This document shows, in pieces, positions 25,109 to 39,900 of a stretch of 64,000 bases of DNA; the stretch's first letter is position 1; the number at the start of each line of letters is the position of its first letter. The notes under the pieces were generated by a model. That model had not been told where the DNA came from, searched no databases, and saw nothing but the letters and a program-made list of their open reading frames with translations. Location: NCBI GenBank assembly GCA_023213395.1, contig CM041465.1:250983741-251047740 (forward strand), written 5' to 3'. Source of the DNA: Cycas panzhihuaensis (taxonomy: Eukaryota > Plantae > Cycadophyta). Both the position numbers and the translations under genes were made by a program.

Positions 25109-26806
25109 TGTTATTATAGCTATTAAAAATATTGTCTACTTCTTGCTCATTTTTTTCTTCAAGTTAATTAATGAGCCACATTAGGCAAGTTCTCTTAAGA
25201 GTTGTATTTCTATATATAGTCACTTACATGCAAGAGTATGCATGAGTTATACCTTGATGTTTCCTTAATTTCTTGCTTTATTCTTTGCTCACACTCTTAT
25301 TATTAATGAGGAGTGATCTTACTCCCATTAAAGATTTAATTAAATGAAGTGATTCATTTGTGATTTAATGTAAGCTTATTTCTTGTAAATTATTATGCAA
25401 TTATGGTTAAGTCATTTGCTCTTGTTTACTTGTCACTCATATTTACAATATAGTATAAGAGCTTATGGCTCATTTATTGAAAAATTTCTAAGTCTTAATA
25501 TATATTTCTACTTGTAAGAGGATATTTTTGCAAAGCAGATCTCCATTACTAAAATTTTGTAGTCTCCAACCGAGCTCACAAAGGGTTTCTTAGTGAAATT
25601 AGCATAAGTTCTACTATAGGGACATTTATAACATTATTAGGCACTTTAAAGCCTTCAATTTTATAGGTTTTTCACTCATGGGTTTATTTTCAATGACTAT
25701 AAGGTTAGTTTGGTACTAATTTTTGCCTCTAAAATGAGATTTTTGGTGTTAAATAACTTTAGAGAGCTAGAGAAGTAGACAACCCTTAATACCCCATCTC
25801 TTACTCTTAAACTACAAATTTTAACTTAATTTTCCATATATTTCCTTCATAGATACTTGGGTCATATTGATATTAGTTTGAATTACTATTAGAAGTGCAA
25901 ATTTGCCTCAACTTTGACCAGAATTAATTATTCAAGCTCTACGAAGGTGCATAGATGACTTTTAGGTGGCAATGACATTGAAGAATCCATGGATTTCATA
26001 CATAGGTTTATAAAATCACTTTTATTTTTTATATTTTAATGTTTTAGAGAAATTTAAGTGATTTGTAACTTATTTAAAGTCTACAACTTTTGATTTTAAG
26101 TAGTGGTCACATGTAGTAAGTATTTAAGACATCAAAAAAGGGCTAAACCTCACAACTCACTTATTTGATATTTAATTATAGTTTCTATCTTTATATATAT
26201 TTCTGTTCTTTCATTTTAGAGGTAAAAAATTGTAACAAGACTTTGTAGCCACTGAGTTCCTTTATGAACTCATGTTTATAGTCTTATCCATAATCATTTT
26301 TTCTTAGATTATCTAGCATTAACATTGCTAGTTATGTTATACTGGATGTATACAAGCTTAATGGTTAGAATTATGTAATTTATAAATTTATAATTTCTAA
26401 TATTTTATTCCTTAAGAAATTAATGAAATTTGTTGAAGGGAAGGGACTAAAGCCAATTATTACCACTACTTAGGCCATAACTAGATTTACTCCATCTACT
26501 TCAATAATGATAACTAAGGATGTTAAAGATTAGGAGGATTGTGATAGAGAAGTATTAGTAATCATTGAGATTTCTATTGCCAATGAGTTTGTCACATATC
26601 TTCAAGGTCAGACTTCATCAAAATATACATTGTAGGCTCTATAGGAAATATATGAGACTAAGAATAAAACAAAAGTATTATATTTAAGAAACTTGCTTTA
26701 TTCATGTAAAATGACTATACATGACTCTATTTACCTAAATTTGTAGAAGTTAAAGGTGATTAGAGATCAACTAATTATATTAGGTGAGAAAGTAAAGAAT
26801 AAAGAG

Positions 26807-26861
26807 CTTATGAGTATTATACTTTTTTTTTTTATTCGCAAAACTTATGAGTATTATACTT
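26807..26861 (-). mobile_element. 19-nt poly(A) micro-insertion flanked by an 18-bp TSD
   Basis: cttatgagtattatactt at 26807-26824 and 26844-26861 flanks T9+attcgcaaaa. Confidence 0.8.
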
Positions 26862-29800
26862 AATAGCTTATATAAAGGCTCATATTTATATAACCAATTC
26901 GTATCTAGCTGAGAGAGCATTGTCACTTGTATTTAAGGAGTTAACTAGACTTCTTTTATATGAGGAGTAGTGCATCAGAGGTTACATTACTAATAATAGT
27001 AGTATGATATTAGAGTCTTAATTTAGAAAGAAGCTTCAAATGAATACTCCTAAATAAACTTTGCCACCTTCTCATAGCATGAATGAATCTCATAACAAGC
27101 CTAAAAAGGATGTCACATGCACTTATTATAGTAAGAAAGATCATCATGGAAAGAACTATTGGATAAAGAAAGTAGATAATAGATGATAAGAAAGTATTTA
27201 TGTTTAATACTACCTCTGGCATAAATGGTACTTGGTACATTGATTTTGGTGTCTCAAAGCATATTACTTTTTATAAAGAATGATTCGGTGAACTCAAAGA
27301 AGGTTATAATCAAACCATTATTCTAGGTGACAATAATTTACATAAAGTAGTTGTCTATAATACAATTATTTCAATCAACTTAGCCATAAGATTAAGACCT
27401 CTAATATGCTTTATATATCATCATTCAAGTATAATTTACTTTCTATAAGCCATGTGGCTAAACTGATATTAACGGTTGAGTTCGACACCATCAAATGTAT
27501 GATAAAAGATGATGATCATGTAATTACTTAAGGAACTTAAGAGAATGGCTTATATAAATTTTCTAGCACACCTGAGCATGGTCTCATTGCAACTATATCT
27601 AATACTTTATGGAATAATCACTTTAGTCATTTAAACTACTATAGTATTTAATTGTTAGATAAATTAATTATACATGATCTTCTTTTAGTTTAGAAGTATG
27701 ATAAAATCTACACTATATATGTATTAGGGAAGTAGTATAGGGATAAAGTTGTTAAATCTAAATGGTAGGCTAAAGATAAATTGGAGTTGGTTCATTCTAG
27801 TTTATATAGACTACTTATACTAGTTTTACTTTTGGAGGTATAAAGTACTTCATGACTTTCATTCACGAATTCACTAGGAGGACTTAGGTTTACCTTCTAA
27901 AGAATAAACTAGAAGCATTTACAAAGTTTAAGGAGTTTAAGGCCAAAGCAATAAATTTCTATAGAATGAAGAATAAGATTTCGAGGAGCGATAATGGAGA
28001 TGAGTACATATCAACAAAACTTACCACTTTTTATAAGGATTATGGCATTTAAAGATAATTGACTACATCTTATATACCATAATAGAACAATATTTCTAAA
28101 AGAAAGAGTCACACCATTATTAAGATGGTTAGATGTATACTTAAATTTAAAAATATCTCAAATGATTTTTGGGTTAAAGTTGTGAATATATTTATTGACA
28201 TTTTAATTATAAGTCTAACCATAGTTATTTAAAATATAACTCATTAAGAAGTTTGGATGGGTGTAGAACCCTTAATTTGTAATCTTTAAGTATGTGGTTT
28301 CACTACTTCTAATCATATGACTAATATAAAGGGACAAAAGCTTGATGATAAAAGTCATAAATGCATTCTTGTCAGGTATAGTAAGTCATCCAAAGTATAT
28401 AAGCTTTAGGATCCCTTAGAGAGAAAGATTGTAATAACTAGAGATGCTTTGTTTAATGAGTTTAATGAGGGAATTATTCCCATTATAAATGTTAATGCTA
28501 AAAACATAAAAATCAGGGGATAGAGGGAGCAGATTCTAGGGGACAGTGAGAGCAGAGAGAATGCATGAGAGTAAACCATCAATTTGATAGAATGAAAGTG
28601 CGGATGAACACTAGGGTTTTTAGACCCCATGAATAAATAGGTAGGATGTGGTACACCACTCAATATCTACTATTGACTAGTGCTAACAAATGCCAAAAGG
28701 ATATTGCCAATATCTAATAAGGTTCAACTATATGTGGCTAAGGTCTGACATAATGCTGTCATGATATCTTTGCCAATGTCTAGGTTATAACCCCAATATG
28801 GACAATTAACCATATGTAGATATGAGTCCTAATGGGAATTATTCCAACATTTCTCCCCCTTAATGCCTATCTAAAGAGACTCCAAGTTTATCTCTGAATT
28901 TGATAAAGTTTATCTTGTCAAGTGCCTTTGTGAATATATTTGCTAGTTGATCTTTTATGCTATAGTAGACTAATTCTAGCTTATCTTACTATACCAACTC
29001 TTTGAATAAGTGATGTTGTATTTTAATCTATTTTATCTTACTATAAAATACTAGATTTTGAGTCATCTAAATTGTGTTTCAATTATCACAAAGCATTTGA
29101 GTGGGATACATTTGTTTCTTTTATAAATCCTATAGCAACCTTTTAATCCAAACTATTTTACATGCTTCTACTATAGCTACTTTATACTCTGCTTCTATAG
29201 TAGATAGAGATATCATGGCCTATTTCTTTGAATCCCATGTAATTATAGTTGACCCTAAATTAAATGTATAACTAGAGGTAGATTTCTTATCATCTACATA
29301 ACTTGCTCAGTCTGAGTTTGTATATCCAACCAATCTATAGTCCCTTGATACCTATAATATAATTTGTATCTAACTATACCTTTTACATACTAGAGAATTC
29401 TCTTGGCTACTTGCCAATATTTTACCTTAGGCTTATGCATGAATCTAGAAACCACACTGACTACATACATGATATTTGGTCAAGTTAAAGTTAAGTAAAT
29501 TAGAATCCTAATCAATTGCCTATAGAGTATAGGATCAACTAATTTTAATTCCTCATGCTTATACAACTTTATTTCAAATCTACTGGAGTAGTAAGTAACT
29601 TGCAAATACTCATGTTAAACTTATGTAATAAGTCTAATGCGTATTTCCTTTAGGAGATAAATATCCCATTCTCATCTTGCCAAACTTCTATGCCTAAGAA
29701 GTAATGCATTAGTCCCAAGTCCGTGATCTCAAATTCTTTGTATGTATCCTTCTTAAATCTTTAATATACGTGAACATCATTCCTAGTATATACCAAGTTA

Positions 29801-30580
29801 TCAACATATAATCCCACAATAAATATAGAGCTATATAAATTAGGATTATATTAACTCCTTTGGAATCCTTTATCCTTAAAATATTTATTGATCCTATAGT
29901 ACCATGCTTTAGGTGCTTGTTTAAGTCCATACACCTTGTTTTCTTTACCATTTACTTCAAAACCTTTTATTTATTAGACATATATTTCTTCTTCCATATA
30001 GCTATTTAAGAACGCACTTTTAACATCCATTTGGTAAATTGTCTAACCTTGTTGTGTAGATAAAGCTATCATTATTTTAACTTTTTCTAACCTTACAACT
30101 AATGTAAATATTTCATTATAATATATGCCCTCAATTTAAGTATAGCCCTTAGTAGCTAATCTTACCTTATACTTATCAATTATTCCATCTAATTTACACT
30201 TAGTCTTATAGACCCATTTAGTTCTAATGATATTCTTATTACATAGCAGATCCATTAATTCCCATATGTCATTTTTGACTAAGGCATTATATTCTTCTTT
30301 CATAGCTTACTTCCATTCATCCTAATTGTTATCCTCTTTAAAGTTATGAGGCTCATTGGGCTCCATAACTTGATTCATCAAAGTAAAATTTACCCTTTGA
30401 GATCTTGTAGTTCTTTTGTCAAAGTTGGTATTTAAAATATTTGAAGGGTTATGTACCATTTGTATCCACTTAGGGACCCTCTGATTTGAAGTAGAGGGTC
30501 TAGCTTCATTTTGATTAGGTACATTTATGTCCTTAGAATTTGATTCTACTTCAACTATAATATTTTTGCCTTTGTCTTTT

Positions 30581-33500
30581 TGGGACATTTCTTCTCGCCA
30601 ATACTCTTGAGATAGCACAGAATTTGACAATCGCAACATCGTCTTCTTATTCAACTGAGCAAACAAGCTAACCAAGAGTTTCACAGGAACACCAGAGCGC
30701 TAAATGATCACCAAAAGATAGAAAGTACCACAACACAATCTTTATAAAAATGTTTTATCAAGATAACAATCATTTACCATTTATGACCCTTATATAGACA
30801 AAATAGGGTCTTATATATGTAATCCTATTGGCGGCCTAAGCGGCCTTACATTCTATTGAGCAGTAGCGCCCATGCATACTATTGGCCCCATAAGTTATGT
30901 AACAAGTCCCCTCCCCTAAGATGTCAAGTCCTCGAGGTATGTGAGATGCTGGTGCTTTTTGACAAATTCATCGGACTCCCAAGTTGCTTTGTCGGAGGTG
31001 TAGCCTATCCACTGTATCAAATATTATGAAATGGACCGATTCCAGAGATGCTGTTGTCTTGTAGCCATGATATGTTCTGGAGGTACAGACAAGGTTTTCT
31101 CTTCATCCAAAATTGGAAGGGTTGTCTGGGGAGTATGGGTTTTGCTTAGACACTTTTGAAAATAGGAGACCTGAAAAACATTATGGATGTTTGTGGTGGG
31201 GGGAAGGTTGAGAGCATATGTAACTTTACCAGTACATTTAAGGACTTTATACGGTCTATAATATCAAGGGCTAAGTTTGTGGTTCTTATGATGGCAAAGG
31301 GATTTTTGCTTATAAGGTTGGAGATGAAGAAATACCAGATCCCTAATGTTGAAAGAGCGATCAGAGTGGTGGCGGTCTGCTAATTATTTCATTCAATTTT
31401 GGGCCATGGATAGGTTTTGTTTAAGGGTATGGAGAATTTGGTCCATATCTTTGTAATTTTGTTGCTGCTTCTTTAGTATAGAGGTTGGTAGCTAAGGTGT
31501 GGTGGGACGGTGGGGGATACCCATAGAGAGCCAAAAATGGGGACATTCTAATGGTTGAATGGTGTGGGGAGTTGTACCAATACTCAGTTAGAGCTAGCCA
31601 TGATGTCCATTTAGACTAGTAGTCAGATGCAAAGCAACGTAAATAGGTCTCTAGAGTTTTGTTAAGGACCTCAGACTGGTCATCGGTCTGTGGATGGTAT
31701 GCAAAACTCATGTTGAATGATGTACCTAATGCGCGGAATAGCTCTTGCCAAAAGGAGCTAGTGAATTTATGATCGTGATTGCATACAATGGTGGATGGAA
31801 ACTTGTGCAAACGAAATATTGTCTGGATGTAGATGCCAGTAATGAGTGGGGCTTTATAGGTTGTGTGGATGGGCAAGAAGTGGGCATATTTTGTCAACCA
31901 ATCTATGACTACTAAAATGGAGTCAGATCCATCAGATGGTGGTAGGCCTGTTATAAAGTCTATGGCAATATCTTGCCATTTGCCTTGTGGGATGTGCAAT
32001 GGTTGAAGGAGGCCCAGTTGGGGCTTTGTATCAACTTTGTTACGTTGGCATGTATCATATTCTGAGACAAAGGTAAGGATGGTGGATTTCATTTTTGGCC
32101 AAAAGAAGTTGGAACGAATCCTACAATAAGTTTTATCAAAACTAAAGTGGCCGCCAAGAGGGGAAGAATGATATTCTAATAAAAACCACGGGATAAAAGT
32201 TGAGAGGGGATGTACGAATATGCGATTTTGGTATTAAGAGAAGATTATTATGGATGGACCAATCCTTATGAGTGTGGACCTTATTGGCCCAGTGCACAAA
32301 ATCATGTTGGTTTTGGTTAGCCATGGCTAAATCCTATAGCCATGTCGGTTGTGGGGAGGAAATGGCATAAATGGTGGGGTCCTCAGTATGACTGGTGTTA
32401 TCGCCAAGTGTAGGTGAAGGCAACCTCGAGAGAGCATCTACCACAATATTATCTTTCCCCTTTTTATATGTGATTGTAAAATCAAAAACTTAGAGGTGGT
32501 CGACCCATTTCGCCTACTCTTCTGAGAGGACTGGTTAATCTAGCAAACAACGAAGGCTATGATGATCATTGAGGATAGTGAATTTAGAACCAAGTAGATA
32601 CTATTGCCACTTGTCAACAACATGGAGGATGGCCCACATTTCTTTTTGATAGGTAGAAAGTCTACACTCATGATCTTTGAGTTTTTGACTTTCAAAGGCA
32701 ATGGGGTGGAAGTCTTGCATTAAGACCGCACCCAATCCAAACCCTAAGGCATCGCATTCTAATTAGAAAGGCTGAGAAAAGTCAGGGGAGGCCAAGACTG
32801 GGGTGGTTGTCATGACCTCCTTTAAATGGAGGAAGGCCTCATTAGCTGAGGGGGACCACTGGAAGGAATCCTTCTGAAGTAAGTGGGTTAAGGGAGTGGT
32901 TAGGGTGGCATAATTTTAAACGAACCGATGATAGAATCCAGTAAGTCCTAGGAAAGCCCACAATTGGGTCAGGGTTTTTGGGGTTGGCCAATTAGTGATG
33001 ATAAAGATTTTATCAGGATCCACCCAAACCCCTACAAAGGATATAATATGCCCAAGGTATTGTAATTCAGAGTTCCCAAATTCACATTTGGAGAGCTTAG
33101 CGTACAACTTATTCTCAACTAGGATTTGAAGGACTATTTCTAGATGTGGGATGTGGGCTGGCATATTTGAGCTATAGATAAGAATATTGTCAAAGAAGAC
33201 AATGATAAATTTTTGTAAGTATGGGAAAAAGATCTTGTTCATGAGGGCCTGAAAGGTGGCTGGAGCATTACATAGGCCAAAGGGCATGACCTGGAACTCA
33301 AAGTGGCCATGGTGGGTTCAGAAAGCTATTTTATGTTGATCCTCTAGCAAGATGGGGATTTGGTAGTATCCTGACTGTAAATCAAGTTTGGTGAAAATTG
33401 TAGCGGCATGGATTTCATCTAACATGTCATCAATTCGTGGTGTGAGAAACTTATTTTTTATGGTGATTTTATTGAGCGTACGATAGTCAACACAAAGTCG

Positions 33501-36500
33501 AAAAGAGCTGTCCTTCTTGTGGACTAAGACAATGGGTGCCACATATGGGATTTTATTAGGTTGGATGATACCCATGTCCAACAATTCCCATATGATTTTT
33601 TCAATTTCATTTTTTTGGAAATAGGAATTTCTATATGGTCGAAGGCTTATCAGGTCATGCGAACTTTGTAACTCAATAGTATGGTAAAAGCCTCGATCAG
33701 GTGGGGGGCTAGCAGGTAACTGAGTAAATACAAATTGGTATTGATTTAATACTTGCTGGATATCAGGGTGGATACTCGAGGGGGCCTGGATATGGTTAAG
33801 ACAAATGATGTATCTGATGTTACCATTGAGTTGGCGATGCATTCATGAGGGTGAGATTACTTTGTTTAGGGGGGCTTGCATCCCATAAAGTTTATGAGAG
33901 CGGCTCATGTGATCTTTGAACATAATGAAGGGGGTCATGGGTGAGTTATTGGTGCTATAAGTCCTTAGAGTCTGGAGCCATTGTACACTAAGAATTGCAT
34001 CTGACACACCTATGGACAGGGCATAAAAATCAGAGACAAGGGTATATGAGCCAATGTGGACAGTGAGGGTTTTTATTGTTCCCACACAATGGAGTATGTG
34101 ATGACCAAGTAAGGAGCAAGTGAAGCTAGTTTTAGGTTCTATGTAAATATTCAATTAGCGAGCAATTGAGATGTCGATGAAATTTAGCGATGCACCACCA
34201 TCGATTAAAATGGTAATTGGGGTTTTCCTAAGTATTCCTTTGACTCGAAGTGGTTTAAGACATGCAATGGAGGTAATTGTAGATAAGGAAACTTCAGGCT
34301 CAGGGTTTAGGGATAACTCATCAATAGGGTGGTATTGGGGTTCATCATCATATTCATGCTCAATATCAGGGTCATCATTCGAGGGTAAGTCTGGGTCAAT
34401 TGTGAAGACCATCTTCCTAGCTTTGCAGATTCTATTGTGGCTAGTGGTCCATTTTTCAGAATATTGCATACATAGACCAGCTTCCTGACGATGTTGTGCC
34501 TCTGTAGGAGTGATGTGGATGGACTTCAATGATGATTCCTCAGTGCGCTGCTCGATAGATGTAGCTGGGGTGTCCTCTAATCATGGGCGTGATCGTGGTC
34601 ACTAGGACTAGGCTGTATCAGCTTATCGGGATCATGAAAACCACGTGGAGTCTCATCTGAATCGAGGAGGTCTTTTTGCAAAAAATTCTACTTCTACTGC
34701 TTTAGCCATATTAATTGCATCCTTCAAAGTAGATAGGGAGACTGTCTTCAAGTGCATTTGGATATGTTCTTTAAGTCTGGATACATACGTATCTATCTCT
34801 ATCTGTTTATCATATTGCTGATTAACCCGATTACGTAAAGATTGGAACTCATATGTATAAACTTTGACAGAGGATACTTGCTTCAAATATGTTAGCTATG
34901 TAAAAAAATATTGACTCCAAGTGTCTTCATACTGCTCGAAAAAATAGGTAGAGAAGTGCGCCCAAGACTGGCTAGAGGGGTACTCCCATTTCCACCATCG
35001 GAACCAATGATGTGCCTTCCCATCTAAGTGAATGGAAGCAAATGTAAGTTGCTCATTCACTGACATTGGGTTGAGTGTAAAGTAAGACTTTAGTTTTCTA
35101 ATCCAACTTCATGCACTATCCCTGTTGAGATCTGGATCAAATGTGGGTATGTTGATCTTATGATGGAATGGTTAATATTGGCGTGGAGCAGGGCCAACTA
35201 GTGGTGGAGGAGAGAAGCTGTTCAACCTCTTAATTACATCTTAGACATCAGCATGAGATGCTAGGTTTTACAATTTTGAGCTAAAGTCTACGCACATAGT
35301 AGCTACTCTGTTTTTAACTTCCTCGCATATGTGGCCGAGATCCTCTATTTTATCATTAATTCTGTGGACTTCAGTCTCGAGTCCCGAGATTTTGTCACTG
35401 TTGCTTTGAGGAACCATGGAGAAAGGGCGTAAAGAGGTGGGAATAAGTAGAAAGAAGGGGAATGAACGAAGTGGAAAGGATCAAGAAAGAACACGAGGTA
35501 AGAAAAAGGGGGTTGTTAAGGGAAAGAGAGGGCGGTGAATAGGGAGATTGTGGGGTGTCTATAGCCTGTTGACCCCAAAGAAAGTTACATAAACAAGATA
35601 TCAAGTTCTTTCAACAGTGTGAAAATCTTGATCAACTGGGGCATGTGAAGTGTAGGGGGGGGAGGGGGTGGGGTGGGATCCACCAGTGACTAGATACTAA
35701 AAATTATGAAAATTTGTAGTATATACTAACCTAGTGCAAATTGACCAGTATGATGTGCTGATCAAAATGAGGTATATATCTGTAAGGGTAAATTTTCTCA
35801 TTGAATTAAGTGGATTTATTTTATTTTATTTTTTTTTCTCTTTATTTTATTTTATTTTCTTTTTTTTTTTCTCCTTTTTTTTTTATTTTTATTTTTTTAA
35901 ATTGTGAGGTGGCTTACAATCTTAACCTACCAACCACTAGACAAGGTCTGCTTGGTCTTATAGGCCTGCCAATAAATAATAGAAGTTTGGGGTAAGTAAC
36001 TTTGTGGTGCTAACCGTTAATCATTGTACTACAAGACTTCAACGGTCGATAGTTGTCTATGCTGGAAAAGGATTAGGACCTAAAGGTGGGGTCCTCCTAT
36101 ATACCCGAAGGTACGTGGAGGCACACTTCTATAGCCAGATTCTGTCTAGGGCTTGGCTCAGGAGTGATACTCCAATCCTTCACACAAAGGGCAGGAGAGC
36201 CATTATACACTTAGACAGAATGACAAATCCCTGCGATACTCAGGAAAGGAGGTGGGAGGGAGAAAAAAGTAGCCGCCTATCAATGTTATCTACCCTTAAG
36301 ATATAATTCAATTCTAGAATCAAAAAATAGAAATGAAATTAAAACTAGATGAAAGACAAAGGATAAAGTACTAGAGTTACCTGGGAAAAGAATTTCCCCT
36401 TTCTCCTAACTCTTGGTCTATCCCGATACCATTCCTTAATCTCCGTGGAGAGAGTACTAAGCGAAGGTCTTTCCTCGATCTCTACTAGGGTAGAGAGAGT

Positions 36501-36954
36501 ACTCAATCTGATAGGGAAAGAAAAAAATTTCTGGACTTTTGGGTAGCCTCCCACGATCGCGACGTAGATCTGATACTACTTGGGACTTTTCTTCTTGCTA
36601 ATACTCTTGAGATAGTAGAGAATTTGATAATCATAGCAACATCTTCTCATCCAACATAGTAAACAAGCTTACCAAGAGTTTCACAGGAACACCAAAGCAC
36701 CAAATGATCACCAAAAGATAGAAAGTACCACAATACAATCTTTATAAAAATGTTCTATCAAGATAACCATCATTTATAATTTATGACCCTTATATAGACA
36801 AAATAGGGTCTTATACATGTAATCCTATTGGTGGCCTAAGTGGCCTTACATTCTATTAGGCGACAGTGCCCATGCATACTATTGGCCCGCTAGATGGCAC
36901 ATGCACAAAGTTCCATAGTGGTTTACATAACTTAGTCGAATCAGTTATGTAACA
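30581..36954 (-). mobile_element. Element H: Ty3/Gypsy chromovirus (Reina-like) inserted in G
   Basis: LTRs 30581-30904 and 36581-36954. Exact TSD ctttt. PBS remnant gatctgatacta at 36567-36578. PPT gtcccctcccct after 30904. Confidence 0.95.
30915..35644 (-). pseudogene. Element H gag-protease-RT-RNase H-integrase-chromodomain
   Basis: LIDGGAS protease; FRLCVDYRTLN, MPFGLCNAPATFQ and FFDNILIYS RT; DFITGLP and YHPQTD integrase; YLIQWIGY..ATWE chromodomain at ~30960-31030. The gag start position is approximate. Confidence 0.92.
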
Positions 36955-39900
36955 CTTTTTCAATTATTTCTTCTTGATAAAATTTATCTTCTTTCAAGAT
37001 GATATCCCTACTCATAATTATCCTTTTTCCTTTTGAATAATAAAGTTTACAGGATCTAGAAAAGTCACTATATCCTATAAAGATATATTTGATACTTTTG
37101 TCATCTAACTTAGTTTTCTTTTAGTCTAGAATACATGTATAAGCTATGCACCTAAAAATTCTCAAGTGGTTAATACTTGGCTTATATCTTATCCAAGCTT
37201 CTTCGAGTATGAACCACCTAATTAACTTGGTGGTACATTTATTTAACACATAAATAACTACATACACAACTTCTACCTAAAATTCATATCCAAGATGTTT
37301 ATCTTTAAGTATACTCCTTGCTATTTCCATAATTGTTCTATTCTTTCTCTCAACAATCCTATATTACTATGGGGTATAAGGATTGATAAGCTACTTTCTT
37401 ATGCCACAATAATTGCAATATGTTTTGAACTTATTTAAGATGAATTCTCCCCTATTATTTGGTCTTAGGGTTAGAGCTCTAAATCCACTTTTCTTTTCCA
37501 TAAAAGTTTTAAAGTCCATAAAATATTATACGGCATCTAATTTGAATTTGATGAAGTAATCCCATTTCGTCCTTATAAAGTCATCAATAAATATTATAAA
37601 GTACTTAAACCTCCAAGTGAGAGCACATCTATTAGACCACATAAGTCTATATAAATCAATTGAAGAGGCCCATTGGCCCTATAACTTTCATTGGAAAAAC
37701 TTTCCCTTTATTGCTTTCCAAGTATGTAACCTTAATAAAGTTCCTTGCTAGGTTCAATAGTAGGAAGTCCAATTACCATATCTATTCTTTTCATTAAGGA
37801 TAAATTATTGTAATTGACATGGATAAGTCTTTTATGCCATCTTTTATTATCTACATTTATTTATGCTTTTGAGGCATAGTAATTTGTTGGGGGTATGACT
37901 AGTTTAAATAACTTATAACTAGTCATTTGTCCTTTGGCTATGATTACGTTGTTCCTTAATTTATCCTTAATAGTATATTTTCCATTATAAAAAAACATTT
38001 TATATTGCTACTTCATCATCTGACCCACTGAAAGTAGGTTCATCTTGAGTCTTAGAATATGTAGGATATCATTTGTACTCATAGTTTCTCCAAAACTAAT
38101 TATTATAGATATATTTCCTTTTCCCATAGTTGCCTAAGTGGTGTTGTCCCTAAATATAATTTTACTTTTCTTGGAATTATCTAACTACTTAAACCACTCT
38201 TCCTCATGTGTCATATGTGTGAAACATCTAGAATCAATATACCAACTATCTTCTTCTTCATCAGTTATTAGGCTATAAAGAAATAATCAATCATCATATC
38301 TTTCTTCCACAGTTGTATTAGCTATTCCCCTTTGTTAACTTGACCTTTTGGTAAAATAATTTTATTTTAAGTGACCAATCTTGTGGTAGTAAGAGAATTA
38401 AATGGTTTCTCTACCTCTTGGACTATTACCTCTTTATCCTTGATTTCCCCCCTAAGACCTTGACCTTTTCCTCTTCTTTGAGGTCTATAATTTTGGCCTT
38501 AACCTTGGCCTTGATAGTACCTTTAATCTGAGTACTAATTTCTCCCTTGATAAACATGATTTAGGCCTTGTCCTTAATAATTACTTTATCCTCATGTTTG
38601 ATAACCTTGATGATAATCTTAAAAGCCTTGGCATTATCTTTAAAAATGGTTTCTTGGTTGGCCTCTACCTTTAAGAGATTAACCCCTACCCTAGAACTTT
38701 ATTCTTGGTAATTAGGCTTATTTTTTGCCTTGGAAGCAAAGATATATTCGAAGGATTCACTTTCCCCTTTCTTTTCTTTAACTAATAGAAGCATAATATT
38801 TAGTTAATCTATTTTGAGAGTCCTAAGGTCCTTAGAAACTTCTATACTAATGGCTACTATTTTAAAATGCTTGATATCTCCTACACATCTTAAGATTTTT
38901 TTAACAACTCTTTGTTCACTAATTATCTTACCTAAGGATCTCATATGATTAACTAAGCCTTAGACTTCAGTAATAAAATTATTAACTACTTCATGAGTTA
39001 TCATCCTTAGATTTTTAAATCTATTTCTTAAGGTTTGAAATTTAGATGATGCCACTTCTTTGTATGTCATCTTGAGTGCATCCCATGCCTGCTTTGATAT
39101 TGCAGCTTTACTAACCTTAGGAAGATATGGTTCTCTAATACACAAAAGATGAGTGCAATTATCTCATTATCCTTCTTTTCATTCTCCTTATAATATTTCT
39201 TCTTGTCCTTAGTGGCATCTTCATCAATCGATCCATAACTTGTATTAACAACTTTTCATAAGTCTTTGGCAATAAATATAGGTTTTATTTGCCTACTTTA
39301 GTTAAGAAAATTTATGCCATCAAATTTAGGCATCATTACGTTTCTAATATTTGATGCCATAGTAAAAGGATTACCTTGAAAAATAACTTTTGAAATGTAA
39401 AAGTGCTTAAAAGCAAAGTATAATCAAAGAACTAGAAGGTAATAACATATGCACTTAAAAAATACAAGATGTGTCCCACTTCACCTCTAGGACTTAGACA
39501 AGTGTCCTAATTAGGACTTCAATCACCTCAAAAAATAATATTTTGTATTAGTGGGAGCTTACAAATTGAATCTTAACTAGATCACATAAGGGTCATCACG
39601 TAGGAAGCCCTTTACTAGTGCCATTTTAAAGCATAAAAACATTATATAAGATGACTTCAAAAAAATTTGAAGTCTTCACCACTCAATAAAGGATAGAAAA
39701 TAGATCTAAACACTTTAGATGTGACTGAATTTTGATATTAAATGATTAAGATATGCATTAAAATGTTTATAAAAAAAATTAGGCTTTTAACATTAAAAGC
39801 TCAAATAACTTTTGCATTAATGTAACTCATTAAAAAGTATGTCAAACTAAAATAAAATATGGTTGTATGACCATTCATTTCAACTAGGTAAAAATGAACT

